Below are positions 12,945 through 25,634 of a stretch of 64,000 nt of DNA, one piece after another. The translations under genes were made by a program, and so were the position numbers. Positions within the stretch are counted from its first letter, which is position 1, and every line of letters starts with the position of its first letter. The notes under the pieces were generated by a model that saw only the letters and a list, made by a program, of their open reading frames with translations, did not search any database and was not told where the DNA came from. Source of the DNA: Raillietiella orientalis (Eukaryota); contig JAYWIR010000001.1 of assembly GCA_036172245.1 (NCBI GenBank), positions 1 to 64,000 on the forward strand. The letters are read 5' to 3'.

Positions 12945-14813
12945 GAAATCTCTTGCGCTTGTTCTGCAGAGATCACGTGGATCTCCTGCAGCACCGCAAG
13001 GTCGTAGGACTCCAGAAGGGCGGCCATGTCTCGTCTCCTGCCGCCCTGCATTACTGCTGGGAAGATTAAGGTGTGGGGGAGCCCGCCTCTTGCGAGGCCG
13101 GCGGGATGTCCATGGGGGTTTCGGCCTTCTCAGGCACCTGAGGCACCTGTTCGGCCTCCACCCCCTCCATCCCCTCCGTGTCCGTGCGTGGGAGTCTCTC
13201 GGGCGACGGGTCCCGAGAGTTTCCCACGCTCATGGCACCCTCGCTTGCGAAAGCCATCTCTTCCCCTTCGACGGGGGAGACGAGCTTCCTCGGCTTTGTG
13301 GACTTACGTCCAGCCTTCTTGCGGGGTGCCGTGGAAACAGAGGCTGCGCTTCCGGCCTCCACCTCGGGGTCGGAAGTGGGGGACTCTTGAGGGGAGGCCG
13401 GACGCCTTACGGCCTTCTTGCCAGCCTTGGAGATTCTGGCTGCAACGAGGCAGCCAGTTCCTCCGCGGCTCGCGCGAAGGCTACGTCATCGATGGTGGTG
13501 TCGATGACGGACGCCGCCGCCGGCTCGCTCCCCTCGCTGTTGGCAGAGTCAACAGAGGGGAGGTCGTCGGTAGCGGCGAGTTCTATCTGGCAGCGTTCGG
13601 CAACATCGAGAACGCGTTCGACGACGACGCTGCACTCTTTAATTATCGCGCTACCCTGCTCTTTCTTCTTCTGTTGGTAGGTGATTTTTTTTTCCATCCT
13701 CCTCTCCTTCTTTGATTTTTTGGCCGTTGCCACCTGCCACCCAGGCTCCTGGCTAGTTCCCTCGACTTGTTCGGCGTTGTTCGCCGGGGTCTCGGGTGCG
13801 GCCTGGGCCTTGGGCGCGGGTGGCACAGCCTTCTCGGCAGCTTTCGCCACCAGCCTTTTCTGCAGAAGCCGGGCGCGTTTTTTAAGGTTTCTCTTGGAAA
13901 CCACCCGCACTGCTGCTTTTGGGCACACCTCCCTTGTGTGACCCATTGCGCCGCATACTTGGCACTGCACGTTGGGACACCTCTTTTTGAGGTGGCTCGA
14001 CGTATTGCAGAAGCCGCAGTATTTCGGCTTCCCCACATACCAGAGGTCGACGGTTTCGCTTTCGACCACCAGTTTGTGGGGAAGAGTGCAGCCCTCCCGA
14101 ACGGTCAGGCGCGCAGCCGTGAGGCCGTGTTGCAGCCCCGTGTAGTCCTCGAAAGGACTAACTTTCGTCCACTGCGCGTGGACCGTTCCGAACTGTTCCA
14201 AAGCGGCGCGAACCTGTTCTTTGCGCATTCGCGCGGTTACGCCTAACAGGTGGACCACCATGCTGCGGTCCGCCGTAGTGGGGAGGAGCCTGCGCGTCCC
14301 CATCACAACGGGGGTTTTAAGCAGTCGTTGGGCCAGCTCTGCATGTTTGCAGATGACCTCAACGTACTGACCCCCGCTGCGGATGGTCATAGCGCTGAGC
14401 TCCTCCTCTTTCACATCGAGAGCGCGCATGCCCTTCGAGAAGGCTCGCGCGCTCTCTAAAGAATATAAATTGCCTACCTTGTAGAACAATGAGGGGTTGT
14501 ACCCCTCCTCTACATAGGCCGACAATTCCGCCGCGGCTGCAGGCGATGGCGCCGACACAACGGCGCTCCACGCCCGCGCTGCAGCGGGGACCGATTCTGT
14601 GGGGGCGGATGCCCCCACCTCCATCGCCTCTGGGGGCGACGTTGCCGCCGCCCCCTGGCTCTCCATCGCCTCTGGGGGCGGCGTTGCCGCTGCCCCCTGG
14701 CCATCCCTGGTGGTCGCGTCAGGCATCGCTGCCTGATCGACCACCGAACCACACGACGGGAGACTGCGGGAGACTTCCTGGCACAAGGAGCACCGAGAAA
14801 ACACGTCCGCCCT
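12945..14813 (-). mobile_element. 5' half of an A-group element: 5' UTR, ORF1 (ATG ~14726, frameshift ~13430), start of APE
   Basis: CGFCNTSSHLKKRC and CQVCGAMGHTREVC knuckles; TAATG junction ~13050; YDLAVLQEIHVIS cut off at 12945. Confidence 0.88.
14619..14702. repeat. 42-bp tandem duplication in ORF1 N-terminus
   Basis: ctccatcgcctctgggggcg... at 14619 and 14661; encodes QGAAATPPPEAMES / QGAAATSPPEAMEV. Confidence 0.9.
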
Positions 14814-14814
14814 A

Positions 14815-16930
14815 GAGCGCACAAGGCGTTCGACTGTGTAGACCAGGAACTACTCTTGGAGCTCCTGGGTCGCATGGGCTTCCCACCCTCCCTGATTTCC
14901 TCCCTGCGCTCTTGCTGGCGGAATGCGACAATTACCGTCTCTTTCAGCGGTCAGAAGGTGTATGGCGTGCCGGTGCGGCGGGGCATAAGGCAAGGAGATA
15001 GCCTCAGCCCCCTGCTCTTCAGCACCTACTTTGGGTTGGTGCTGAGAGCGTACAGGGTGACTCTGGCCCCCTTGCCGAGCTCGTGTCCCGGCACGCCCAC
15101 CGTAGCAGCGTACGCCGACGATCTTCTGCTCTTGTTGCCAATGTCCACCTTGGCAAAGGCGGTCGGAGACTTATTCGATCTGCTCAGCCGCGGGACCGGA
15201 CTGCAGGTTAACAGGGCGAAGTCGTCGGTGGTGCCAATAGGTGCGGCGTGGGCAGGGCAGCAGGACTGGGTCCGTCTGGGGATCTCCACGGCGAGGTGCT
15301 TTAAGTACCTTGGTGTGCCGTTGGGGGACTACTCCACTGCGGAAGCGTGGTCCAGCTGCCTTCAGAAAGTCGAGACGGCGATCGGCCCGTTTCTCGAAGG
15401 CAAGTTTCACTTGCCGGAACGGGCCGCGGTTTGGAACGCCTTCGCGGCCTCCATCCTCCGCCCCTTGCTTTTTGTTTTCTTCCCCACCGTGGAATCCAAG
15501 AAGAGGACGAAGGACCTCCTCCGTATCGCCCTTTGGGGCAAGGGGAGGCCCCGAGTCCCTCTGAAGCACTTGTGCGCTCCGCGTCGGGACGGCGGTCTTG
15601 GCCTCCTGACGCTGGAGCGCGTGAAGAAGCAGCTGCGGTGTCTAACTCTCGCCATCGCAGCGAAGATGTGGAGCACCCCTTGGTGCACTCCGGCCCGCCT
15701 TCTGGCCAGCCGTGTGTCCCGGTTCGATGGACTCGCATCTTTTCTTCTGAGCCCTGGCCGGATTATGCGAAGATGCGGCCTACTGCTCGGGCGCATGGCG
15801 ACATTGGCCAAGGAGAACAGCTGGATTGTTTGCTGCCCCGCCAACTCCCCCGCCTGGCTGGAGGAGAATATTGGAACGTGGGCAGTGGTTAACCAGAGAA
15901 GCCACGAGACGTGGAATCGTCTCCGATGGGGCCCCTACGCCCGCTGCACGCTGCGGAATCCCCTGGAGAGTCCAGCAAGATGCACGTGGGCAGAGACGAC
16001 CTGCCTAGCTACGGCGTCGCCCTTCCTGAGGAGGGCACTTCACAGCAGCCGGACGCCAAGGTGACAAGTCTCCTGCTGCATCGAGGGACGGGAGACGTTG
16101 ATAAGCGGCTGGACAACAGGAGAACTGACAGACGCCACGACCCCGAGCATCCAGCCGCGAGGATTATTAAGATGGGGCGAGCTGCTCGCCATCCCCAGGG
16201 ATGAGCTGAAGTGGCCCCCGGTGATGAAGGAATCCAGGATCCTGCCCCTCAAGTGGCAAGAGTCGGCGTTGCTCCTATTGCACTGGGGTCTACCCTGCAA
16301 CGCGCGCCGCTTCCACTGGACGAGGGGAGCTGTGGATCCTGCGTGTGCCAGGTGCGGGGAGCGGGAGTCGCTCTTCCACCTTATTGTGGATTGTGCTGCC
16401 CTCCGACCCCTTTGGGAACGGTTCGGGACGACCCTCGGGCTCCCTACGGGCAGCATTCCCAGAGACGTTCTTCGGCCCCTCTTCGTGAAGGACGCACTGC
16501 AGCCAGCCGCAGCCAGCGCAGCCTTGAGCTGCGTCCTTGGTATCGTGGCGGCATGGAGCGACGCCAAGAACGAAGGAGTGGGTCCACACGCGAGGGATGT
16601 CATCCCATACGCGCAACGCTTCTTGCGGAGAGCTGCCGGATGGCCCCAACTGGGTGATATACGGAGAGACCTCGAGGGCTTCCTTCGAAGGATGGGCCCT
16701 CCTCACAGCGACCAGTGATCCCTACCCTGCCCTCCAAATTCTTTTTGTTTTTTTATTTCTTTATTTTTCTTTTTGTTTTTTCCCCTCATCCCCTTTCGCT
16801 GTCGGGGAGTGCCACGCCGGGCTGCGTCCCGGTGTCCGGACAGGTCCTGTGTTTACGGCCGTGGTGGGGCCTTGTACCACGCATGTAGAGTTTCTAAATA
16901 AACGCCCCGGGCGTACCCGGGTGATAACCC
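14815..16930 (+). mobile_element. 5'-truncated A-group element (RT motif A to 3' end)
   Basis: HKAFDCVD, RGIRQGDSLSP, YADD, CARCGERESLFHLIVDC; stop 16718; AATAAA-hairpin 16897-16923. Confidence 0.92.
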
Positions 16931-18215
16931 CAAATCCCTTGGCAAGCGGACGTGTTTTTCCTTCGCTCCCGAGTGAGTCGACAGGAAGCGGTTTTTTCTG
17001 TGTGTTTTGTTGTGTGAAACATCGCTGGTGTCCGATGGCAGCGATGCCTGAGGACACCACGATGGAGGTAGCTGTGGGGGAGGCTTGCCCACCCCCACAG
17101 CCTGCAGAATCAGGGGCGTCCGCCCCGGAATCGCCCTCGCCGCTCAAGGCGAGGAGCTGGAGCGCCATGGTGGCCGCGCCGAGCGCGGAAACCATGGCCG
17201 AGATGGCAGTTTACCGGGCAGCTGGGTACAAGCCCAGCCTGGTATACCAGGTAGGCAATCTCTTTGACGGGCGAACTGCACGCGCTTCTTTGAAGGCGCT
17301 GCAGAACGCCAATCTGTTAGAAAAGGATCTTGACAGTCTATCCGTGCTCAGCGGGGGACAGCGCGTCGAGGTTGTCTGCAAGGACATCACCTTGGCACAA
17401 AGCTTGATTACTACCCCGCTGAACGTGCACGGACGCAAGATCCTGCCGGTCACGATGGACCGCTCCGTAGTGGTCCATCTGACTGGGATTACCAGCCGCA
17501 TGACGCGGTCTGCGGTTGGTGATCAACTGCGAAAATACGGAGAAGTTCACGCGCTATGGCCAAAGGCCACAATCTTCGATGGCTACGATAGCCTTTTCGG
17601 AGGGCAGGCCGCCGCGCGTGTGACGGTGAAGAAGGATAGTGGGTTTCCCCACAAACTAGAGGTCAATGACAAAGTCGTAGACCTCTGGTACGTGGGGAAA
17701 CCCCGCTTTTGTGGCTACTGCAATGCAGTAGGACACTTGCGCAAGCGGTGCCCGAACATTGTGTGCCACTTATGCGGGGAGAAAGGCCACGTGCGCCGCG
17801 TATGCCCTAAACGCCTCACTCCGGTGCCGCCTGCCGCAAAGAAAGCGCAGGCAAAACGCGGAAAATTGGTCGAAAGACCAAAGAGAGATACTGGCCGGCA
17901 GCAGCCGCTAGCCCCCGTTCCTCCCACACAGGCGTCGGAAGAAAAACCTTCCGAAGACGCGGCAGTCCAGGACGGCTGGCAGCTGGTTAAGGCCAGGAAG
18001 GAGAAAAAGGTGCCCCCCGCGGAACCCGCGAAAGCGGTCAAAAAGACAGCCGGCAAGGCGAATAAACCTGGGCCACGCTCTAAGACCATGCGGGAATGTA
18101 CGGTAGCACTGGAGCGCATAGCCGTTCCCGAGACTGCCACCCGGGGCGACGAGCCTCCCCTCGCCGTTTCCGCCGCGCCCGAGGTTCGCGACGGCAAACC
18201 CTCTGTTTACACAGA
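16931..18215 (+). mobile_element. 5' UTR and uninterrupted but 3'-truncated ORF1 (ATG 17035/17044) of an A-group element
   Basis: CGYCNAVGHLRKRC and CHLCGEKGHVRRVC; colinear with ORF1 13407..14822(-), e.g. ARSWSAMV and VDLWYVGKP. Confidence 0.9.
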
Positions 18216-18900
18216 GGGAGTGTAAAACAGAGCAAGAGCGTGGTCGTACCCATTGGTGCGGCGTGGGAGGGGCAGTCCGACTGGATCCGCCTGGGGATCC
18301 CGACCGCTTCGTCCATCCAATATCTGGGCGTTCCGCTGGGGAAAATCAGCCCAGTGGAAGTGTGGTTGAACTGTCTTCGGATGTCTACGAGCGCTCTGAG
18401 CCCGTTCTACCATGGCAGGTTCGCCATGCCGGAGCGGGACGCGATATCTAACACCTTCGTTGCCCCCCTCTTGCGCCCTTTGCTGTTTGTTTGCCCTCTT
18501 CCCAATTCGGCCAAGCTCCAGGCGCACAGCCTGCAGAGGAACGCTCTGTGGGGACCTGCGAGGTGCAGGATCCGCCTCAAAAACTTGGCGGCTCCGCGTC
18601 GGGATGCTGGCTCAGGCATCCTGACGCTGGAGAGAATCGAGCTGCAGGTGCAGCTTCGGATGTAGGCCCTGTGCACCAACATTTCGTGCACTCCGTGGTG
18701 CGCTTCCGCGCGCCTGCTCCTGCGGCGCTCCACCGGCAGCGATGGACTTCTGTCCCTTCGTCCGCACACGGAGCGCCCTACGTGTAGCTTCGGTTTTCCG
18801 TTGAAACCACCCTACCTTCCCCTGGCAGCCCTCGCATGGATCTGCTTTCGCCCAACGAACTTTCAAGCCTGACGGCAGGGAACGTTGCATGGCTGGGCAA
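18215..18900 (+). pseudogene. Decayed ORF2 fragment (late RT), same subfamily as 37790-39404
   Basis: QSDWIRLGIP, QYLGVPLG, APRRDAG; nucleotide match to ~37795-38380. Confidence 0.85.
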
Positions 18901-21900
18901 CCCGTTCTGCGCATCCATCCACCACGTTCCAACCACCGACCCATGCCCACTCGTCATGCGCACCTCAAGTCACGACGCAAACCAGGAACCCATTCAAATT
19001 TCATCTGAGCACATCTCCCCTACCCGACCTCGCAACCGCTGCAGGGTGGCCGACTGTTCTCCCTTCTTGCGAGCAACCACCCTTCCACGCATAGGGGTTC
19101 CCATCCAGGCGATTCACGCATCCCAGGAAATTGGCTCAGCTCTAGAACGCACCAGCACCTACCTTTCCCGTCTACGCGTATCCCCGGGGATCGTGACCAT
19201 AAACGGAAAAAGCGAGTCCATCCCTTTCATCGCCCCAAACCCTCCCTCCGTCCTTTGGAATGTCGGAACTGTATGCGACCGACAACATCATTCCGGAATC
19301 CGATGGGGATCCTCTACGATTCCTTCCGTCTAGGAAGCAATCAATCGAAATGCAACACGACAACCTGTTGGTTGCTGCGGCCTCGCATTTCGGCAATAGC
19401 AAGAAAGGAACGGCGCCCGCGGATCGGCATCGCGCGAAACGTGCAAAATCCGTTCTGCCTCTCCTTCGGTTGCGGCTTTTCATCTGTAAAGGAAGGAAAC
19501 CATGGAAACGCCCGCGCTGCTTGCATTTTTCATTCCGCAAACCAAACTTCCAACGGCAGGATGGACTGCCTAGGCGGCCCAAGCTGCCTTTCAGCTTACA
19601 GGGTTGCTCTGCTCCTCCTCAGGAGCAGAATCGTCCGCTCGTTGGACAGCTTGAAGGAACTGCTGAGGATGCCGATGTTCATCTTCCCTGAAGACGTCAA
19701 AGATAGGAAGCGCCGAATGGAGAGGGAACGGAGCTTCCTTTCCAGGAGAACCTCGGACCTCAATCATTACCGCAAAGTCACAATGGAGTTCACGAAGAAA
19801 TCCGAGACCACCGAGTTGGCATTATTCTCCCGGATTCTTTCAAGCTCATTTCAGTATATCACCGGATGCTGAGAACATTGCATGCCAGAGCGCTCCGTTC
19901 ATGCACGGCAGCGTGCAACTTTGGTCGTTGGAGCACAACGTTTTGATGATGTTGGGTTGGTCAGTCCAGGCCAGCGACTCTGCTTATATTCCTCTTTTCT
20001 GCTTTGGCACCTTTCGAGTTGGTCGCAATCTTACCGGTTAGCCTCAAGCAGCGGTGCTCTTCCTTTTCCGAACATCGTGTGACCACCTCGATCAGGAAAT
20101 TGCACGTCTGTCCGCCTTGTTTTTCCTCCTCCGTCGGCAGCCGCAATGTCAACATACTGCGAAGGCCGGTAAACAGCTTTGAACATGCGCTCGCGACGGA
20201 TTGTCTCGAGCACACGGGCACTTCAGGAAGGATTGCTAGTGCGCCGGTACGCAGCATCCCTGTAGTTTCGAGGAGTCGAATTTGGATCTGCTGCTGCCAC
20301 CTTCCGTTTACTGCGAGTTCTCTGCCTCCCATTGGAACATTTGCTGCCGCCCATCACGGTCGTATGGACTACCAGAACTCTGGCAAAAAAAAATTCCAGC
20401 TCCCAGAAGTGCCACACTACGTACCCGTGCATGCGCTGCACCGCGTTTTCTCCGTTTAGCTCTTCGTTCTCTTACAGCTCCTCATGGCATCTCACAAATG
20501 CAGACTTCTATTCCGCCGTGTTTTCAAGGTTAGCGTGAACAAGCTGTCGATTTGCGTTTTCCGCTGCTCCAGGTGTGCGAGAACCCCTTGCTCCCTGCAC
20601 ATTTGTTCTTCGTCAACGAGTCCCGTTTCGGCGTGTCCGCTCTTCAAGACAGGCAGCAACGACCTCGATTCTTGCTCCTGCCCAACGAAGAACGTTAAAA
20701 AAGCGGCAACTCACATTCAACTGACCCGCGCCCGCATGTCAACCGGATCCACGCATTCCAAGAAGCGTGCGCAAATCTGGTTCCTGGTCGGCTAGAAACC
20801 CGAGTTCGGCAGCAACCGCATTCCTTTTCCGTGGTTGCCGGGATGCGGTACAGTACTCCTCCCCATCCCCACCGCGTTCTTTGACCACACTCCCATCCGA
20901 AAGCGGAATGCTTCAACCCCACCCTTTCCCTATGGCGTGAAAGGGCCTCACTCATCTTCCGCGACCACCAACGTGAGTCCCTGCGGGCTTTACTAATCGC
21001 AACGCGCAGCGCACTCCTGACTTCGTTGCGCGCGCTCGTGCAGCGCTCCTTACCGGCCTTCCCAGCATGTTCACGCATGTCTTCCTCGGCAAGGCAGACG
21101 TCCACCGCAACGCTGTAGGCGTCCCTGACCAACGTCAGCAGCATCCGGTGCACTGTAGACCACAAGCAGTGCTTCTTGTCGCTCATTGGCAGCATGGCCA
21201 TGAATTTCCGAGGTGCCAGCGTGGAAGCGAATGTGCCGGCAGCAGACAGGCAGCCTCGCGTGCCAAGCGCGCACTCTTGCGTTGCCGTGCGCGCGCGCGA
21301 CCACGGCTCCTCCACGCCGCCGTGTCTCGGCGCGCCGCTCTCTCCTCCGAGCGTGTAGACGACCAGGCATGCGTGCAAAACAGCCTTGGCAGGAAGCGGG
21401 CTGTGGGCGCTGAGGCCGGCGCTTTTCGATTTTTCATCCAGCTCTGTGGCCAATTCCTCCTTGTGGCTGTCCATTAACCTGCCGAGGAAGCCCACTGTCC
21501 TCTCACTCTTTCGATGTTGGTGCACAATGCCGCAATCGCACAACCAGCTGCACCGCTTGCAAAAGGAGGCTCATTTCTGCGATGCACCTGTCGGCTTGGC
21601 ACCTCAATGTACTTAAGCAACGTCGTAATTCGGGTAGCAGCCGCCGACGCCTTGACGCTCGATTCTCACCCTGCGAATTTTGCCTCCGACATGAAATCCA
21701 ACCAAAACGACCGTTTCCATGGTTTCGTTTGTCCCTCGATGGAAGAGAAGAAGGGGGGAAATTCGTGCGTGGATTCCCGTTATTCTCTTTTCGCCACCCG
21801 CCATTTCCGCAAACTAGTGATCATGGGCTGCAATCTGCCGCTCGCAGCACGAAAGCTCACTACTGGACCCCTTTGCGGGGAAGGCGTTCCCAGTGCCGTT

Positions 21901-22310
21901 TGCTTACCTCGCAACCAACCGTATCACCAGTGGTCAAATGCCTAATGAAAACGGTTTCACTTTCCCACCTCAGGGCAGGGATCTGTCTGTGGTTTCCGAT
22001 TGCACTCGCAAAATGGGGATGACATGCGCGATTCACCTTGAGGCTGCTGGCTTCCTCTTTGCTTTCACAACTGCCTTTGGTCAAAATGTACCCTTCGTGC
22101 GTAATGCGATGTCCCTTTATCTTGATAGGAACAAGGATTGCTACGCTTGGAATCGCTCGCGGCATCGAATCGGATTGAGTGGTCAGCAACGCTCGTGAAT
22201 GCTGTTGGTTCGAACACAAGACACGGGGAGACTTTCCTTTCGTTACCGCCTCATTTCGGTCGCCACCTTCCAACGCTGTGTGCGTATTTCATGCTCAGAG
22301 AGCAGTGAAT

Positions 22311-22930
22311 GGGTTTTTTACTCGCTTATGCCTGGGAATTTATCATCGAAGAATTTCCAGATTACAGAATTTTATCATAAAGTCTCGAGGTTCTTTCAGA
22401 CAGCACACGTGGTCCCTCCTATCTGGAAAGTGTATCTTTACCAGCCCTTGAAACCCTTAGGTCTTTTTCGCATGCGAAGTGGGAGAGGGGGGGAAAGCAA
22501 AACAAGACAGAAACACGAGGAGAAAACAATGTTTCACTGAAAGCGGATGGAAGGGAAACGATCACAGATCGTCGGCAGGGGCTCTCTGCATCCAACGTTG
22601 GAAGCCGACAACTGCCCGTCGGAATGACCTTAGCCAGCGCCCCATCGGCAAACCTAAACGCAGATGGCTGCCCAGGGTATGACATTCCGGATCTTCTGAA
22701 CCCTCGTGTACGCAGTGCATCTGTCCAGGATTCCGCGTATGCAACAGATAACTGCTGCACAACCGGTTGCTGGCAAAGAATCGCTTCAGGAGCCATAGGA
22801 AAATGATCTTTGGGTCGTCCATCGACGACAGTCGATTCCACACGGGACGTTGGGCAACACACTCGATGATTACGTGCGGGAAAAATTCCAGAACGCCGCA
22901 TCCTGCACAGTTACTATCTACACTTCCACG
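22311..22930 (-). mobile_element. Decayed 3' end of an A-group element related to 1700-2380
   Basis: GSVDSNCAGCGVLEFFPHVIIEC; 3' UTR similar to 2150-2380; decayed terminus gataaattcccaggcataagcgagtaaaaaaccc on the minus strand. Confidence 0.75.
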
Positions 22931-23640
22931 GTTCCCATAGCTCCCAGATGGGACCAGCCGGTCGCGATTCGCAGGTAGCGACCCGCGTGTACGATGGGGT
23001 CCCTGTCGCTGCTCCCTCTGTTGGCTGCGCTCCACGCGGCCACAATCCCTCGGAGGCAGCAAAGCGCTGCCACGGTTGAGGCTGGTGGCAGGGCGTCTCG
23101 CACGAAGAGGAGGCGTACGACGTCCCTGGAGAGGCTGTCGACCGGCATCCGCAGGGTCGTAGCAAAATGTTCTTGCTAGGGACGGAGGGCTGAGCACTCC
23201 ATCAACAGGTGGGACCGGGATTCCTTCTCTCCGCAAACTGCACACTTGTGTCCCACCTTCCCCAACGTCCAGTGGTGAGGGCGCGCGTTCCAGGGAAGAC
23301 CCCAGTGCAATAGCAGCAGCGCCGATTCCTGTTACCTCAGGGGGAGGGTGGATCTGTCTCTAAATACCGGAAGCCACTTTCGGTCTTCCAGCAGGATGCT
23401 CAGCAGCTCTCCCCATCTCTGAATTCTATTCAGGAGGACGCTTAGGGTGGCGGCGGCAGCGAGTTCGTTCATGGTACAGCCGCTTAGCAAATCCTCCCTG
23501 CCTGCTATTCGGAAGGAGACTTGTAACCACGGCGTTCGGCTACTCCCGGGCACGCTCCTCGAGAAGGGCAGCGCCGTGGTCAGTGGGGTCGTCTCTGCCC
23601 ACGTGCTTCTAAAGGGAGACCGGTGACCCGGCAGGCTCCG
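22930..23640 (-). pseudogene. Decayed ORF2 C-terminal fragment related to 16000-16700
   Basis: RDVVRLLFVRDALPPA, CCLRGIVAAWS, LLLHWGLP-like segments. Confidence 0.8.
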
Positions 23641-23879
23641 TGTTCCTTTGTGCGTGTACTGTACGTCTTTGTAAAAGTGTATTTTCAAATTAACGCCGCG
23701 GCCTAATCCGAGTGAAAATCGAGCGCAAATGCCCATCTGGATCCGGGAAGCAACAGCAAAAGATCGTCTGCATAGGCCGACAAGGAAGATGTGCCAGGAC
23801 ACGCTCTCGACAAGGTCCAGAAAGTCAACGCCTGGAGCAAGGCTACGGGAGGACCACGCGACCAGGATGCCATCCAGCC

Positions 23880-25630
23880 AGCCTCGACAGTGTAAACCAG
23901 GACCTCCTTTTAGAGATTCTGGGACGCCTAGGTCTCCCGACGCACCTTATCGCCTACTTGCGCTCCTGCAGGCGCCAGGAGTTATGCTGTATCTCTTTCA
24001 GCGGGAGCCACGTGTTCGGTGTTCCCATACGGCGGTATATCAGGCTGGGAGACAGCTTAAGCCCCCTGCTCTTCAGCATCTTCTTTGAGTTTGTGCTGGG
24101 GGCGTACAGGCTGACGCTGGCCAACCTTCCGAGCTCCTGTGCGGGAACTCCGGCCGTGGCCGCCTATGCTGACGACCTTCTCCTGCTGCTGCCCATGTCC
24201 ACCCCGGCGTCCAGGCTCGAAGACTTCTTCGAGCTCATTCGTCGGGGAGCGAACCTGAGCGTCAATAGGAGGAAATCAACCGTTGTATTGGTTGGCTCTA
24301 CGTTGGAGAGGCAGTCCGACTGATTCCGCCTGGGGATCCCCACAAGCAGTTGCTTTAAGTACCTTGGCGTTCCCTTGGGCGCCTTCTGTCCATCAGAAGC
24401 GTGGTCGGACTGCCTTCACAAGGCCGAGACTGCTCTGGGTCCGTTCCAAGGCGGCAAGTTCCTCCTGTCGGAACGGGCCTTCCTGTGGAACATTTTCGTT
24501 GCCCCTCTCCTCCGTTCCCTCTTTTCTGTTTGTCCCCCTCCCTACTCGACTAAGCGTCGGGCGCAACACCTTTTGCGAAACGCCTTGTGGGGACCGGCGA
24601 GGTCTAGGATACGCATCAAGGACTTTGTGGCTCCTCGGCGGGATGCAGGATTGGGCATCCTGACGTTGGAGCGGATCGGACTGCTAGTGCAGTTCCGCAT
24701 GCTGGCACTTTGCGCCCAGCTATGGACTACTCCCTGGTGTGCTCCAGCGCGGCTGCTGCTGCGGCGCTGCACGGGTGGCGACGGAATGCGTTCATTGCAC
24801 CTGCGCACGGAGTGCGCTTAGAGAGGATTCGGCTTCCCACTGAAGCAGCTCTCCTCGCTTCTGGGAAAGCATGCTTGGATCTCCTGCCGGCCGACAAACT
24901 TCAACACCTGGAGGCCGGAAGCATTATCGTCCTAAGCAACGCAACAGGATGCGTTCCGTTTGGAACTCCGTTGCGTGAAACTTTCCCCATACTGTCCAGT
25001 GGGAGAGGTGCATGAAGACCAGGACCAGTGGACACGCCTAGCCGCCACGCCCCTTGCCGAAGCACTGTCTGCATTGATGCTGCGAAACGACAGTGACCTG
25101 CCGACGAGGTGGGAGGTCGCTTGCTAAATCGCAGGCGAAACCCGACTTCTGGACGGCTGGAGGACTTGCCAGCTGGCAGACGCTTGCACGCCTCGCCTTC
25201 GTGCCAAGGGACTTTTCCGGTGGAGCGAGCTCCTCGGGGTGCCCACCGAAGAACTTGTGGTCCCTTCTGCGTGCTTAAACGCGACTGTCTTCCCCCTTTG
25301 GAGGAAATAGGACGCTTTTCTACTTGTGCATTGGGGTTTGTTCTGCAACCAGCGCGCGCACCTGGTTTCCGGGGGATTCCCCGAACTGTGCCAAATGCGG
25401 AGCGGTGGAATTGCTTCCGAATTTGCTGTTTGAATGCGGTGTTTACCAGGAGCTGTGGCGGCGGCTGTCTTTAGCGCTCCTGCACCCCGGACACACCGCA
25501 ATGGATTGGATGCGCCGCTTCTTCACGCGTGGCGGCCTATCTCTTGGGGCGGTCGTCGCAATCATCTGCTGCGTCCGCGCCACTGTCAGGGCCCGCCACG
25601 TATTGCAGATGCGAGCAGTCTCAACATCGG
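23880..25630 (+). mobile_element. 5'-truncated, disrupted A-group ORF2 (RT to C-terminus)
   Basis: DSLSPLLF, AYADD, FKYLGVP, CAKCGAVELLPNLLFEC. Confidence 0.88.
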
Positions 25631-25634
25631 TTCA

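Larger units (their letters stand above)
2383..12952. repeat. Left arm of ~10.6 kb inverted segmental duplication (partner 26827-37373)
   Basis: Colinear reverse-complement match of all ORFs (2844..4583 vs 35175..36912; 9049..10899 vs 28880..30729), including shared stop codons and shared element junctions. Confidence 0.95.
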
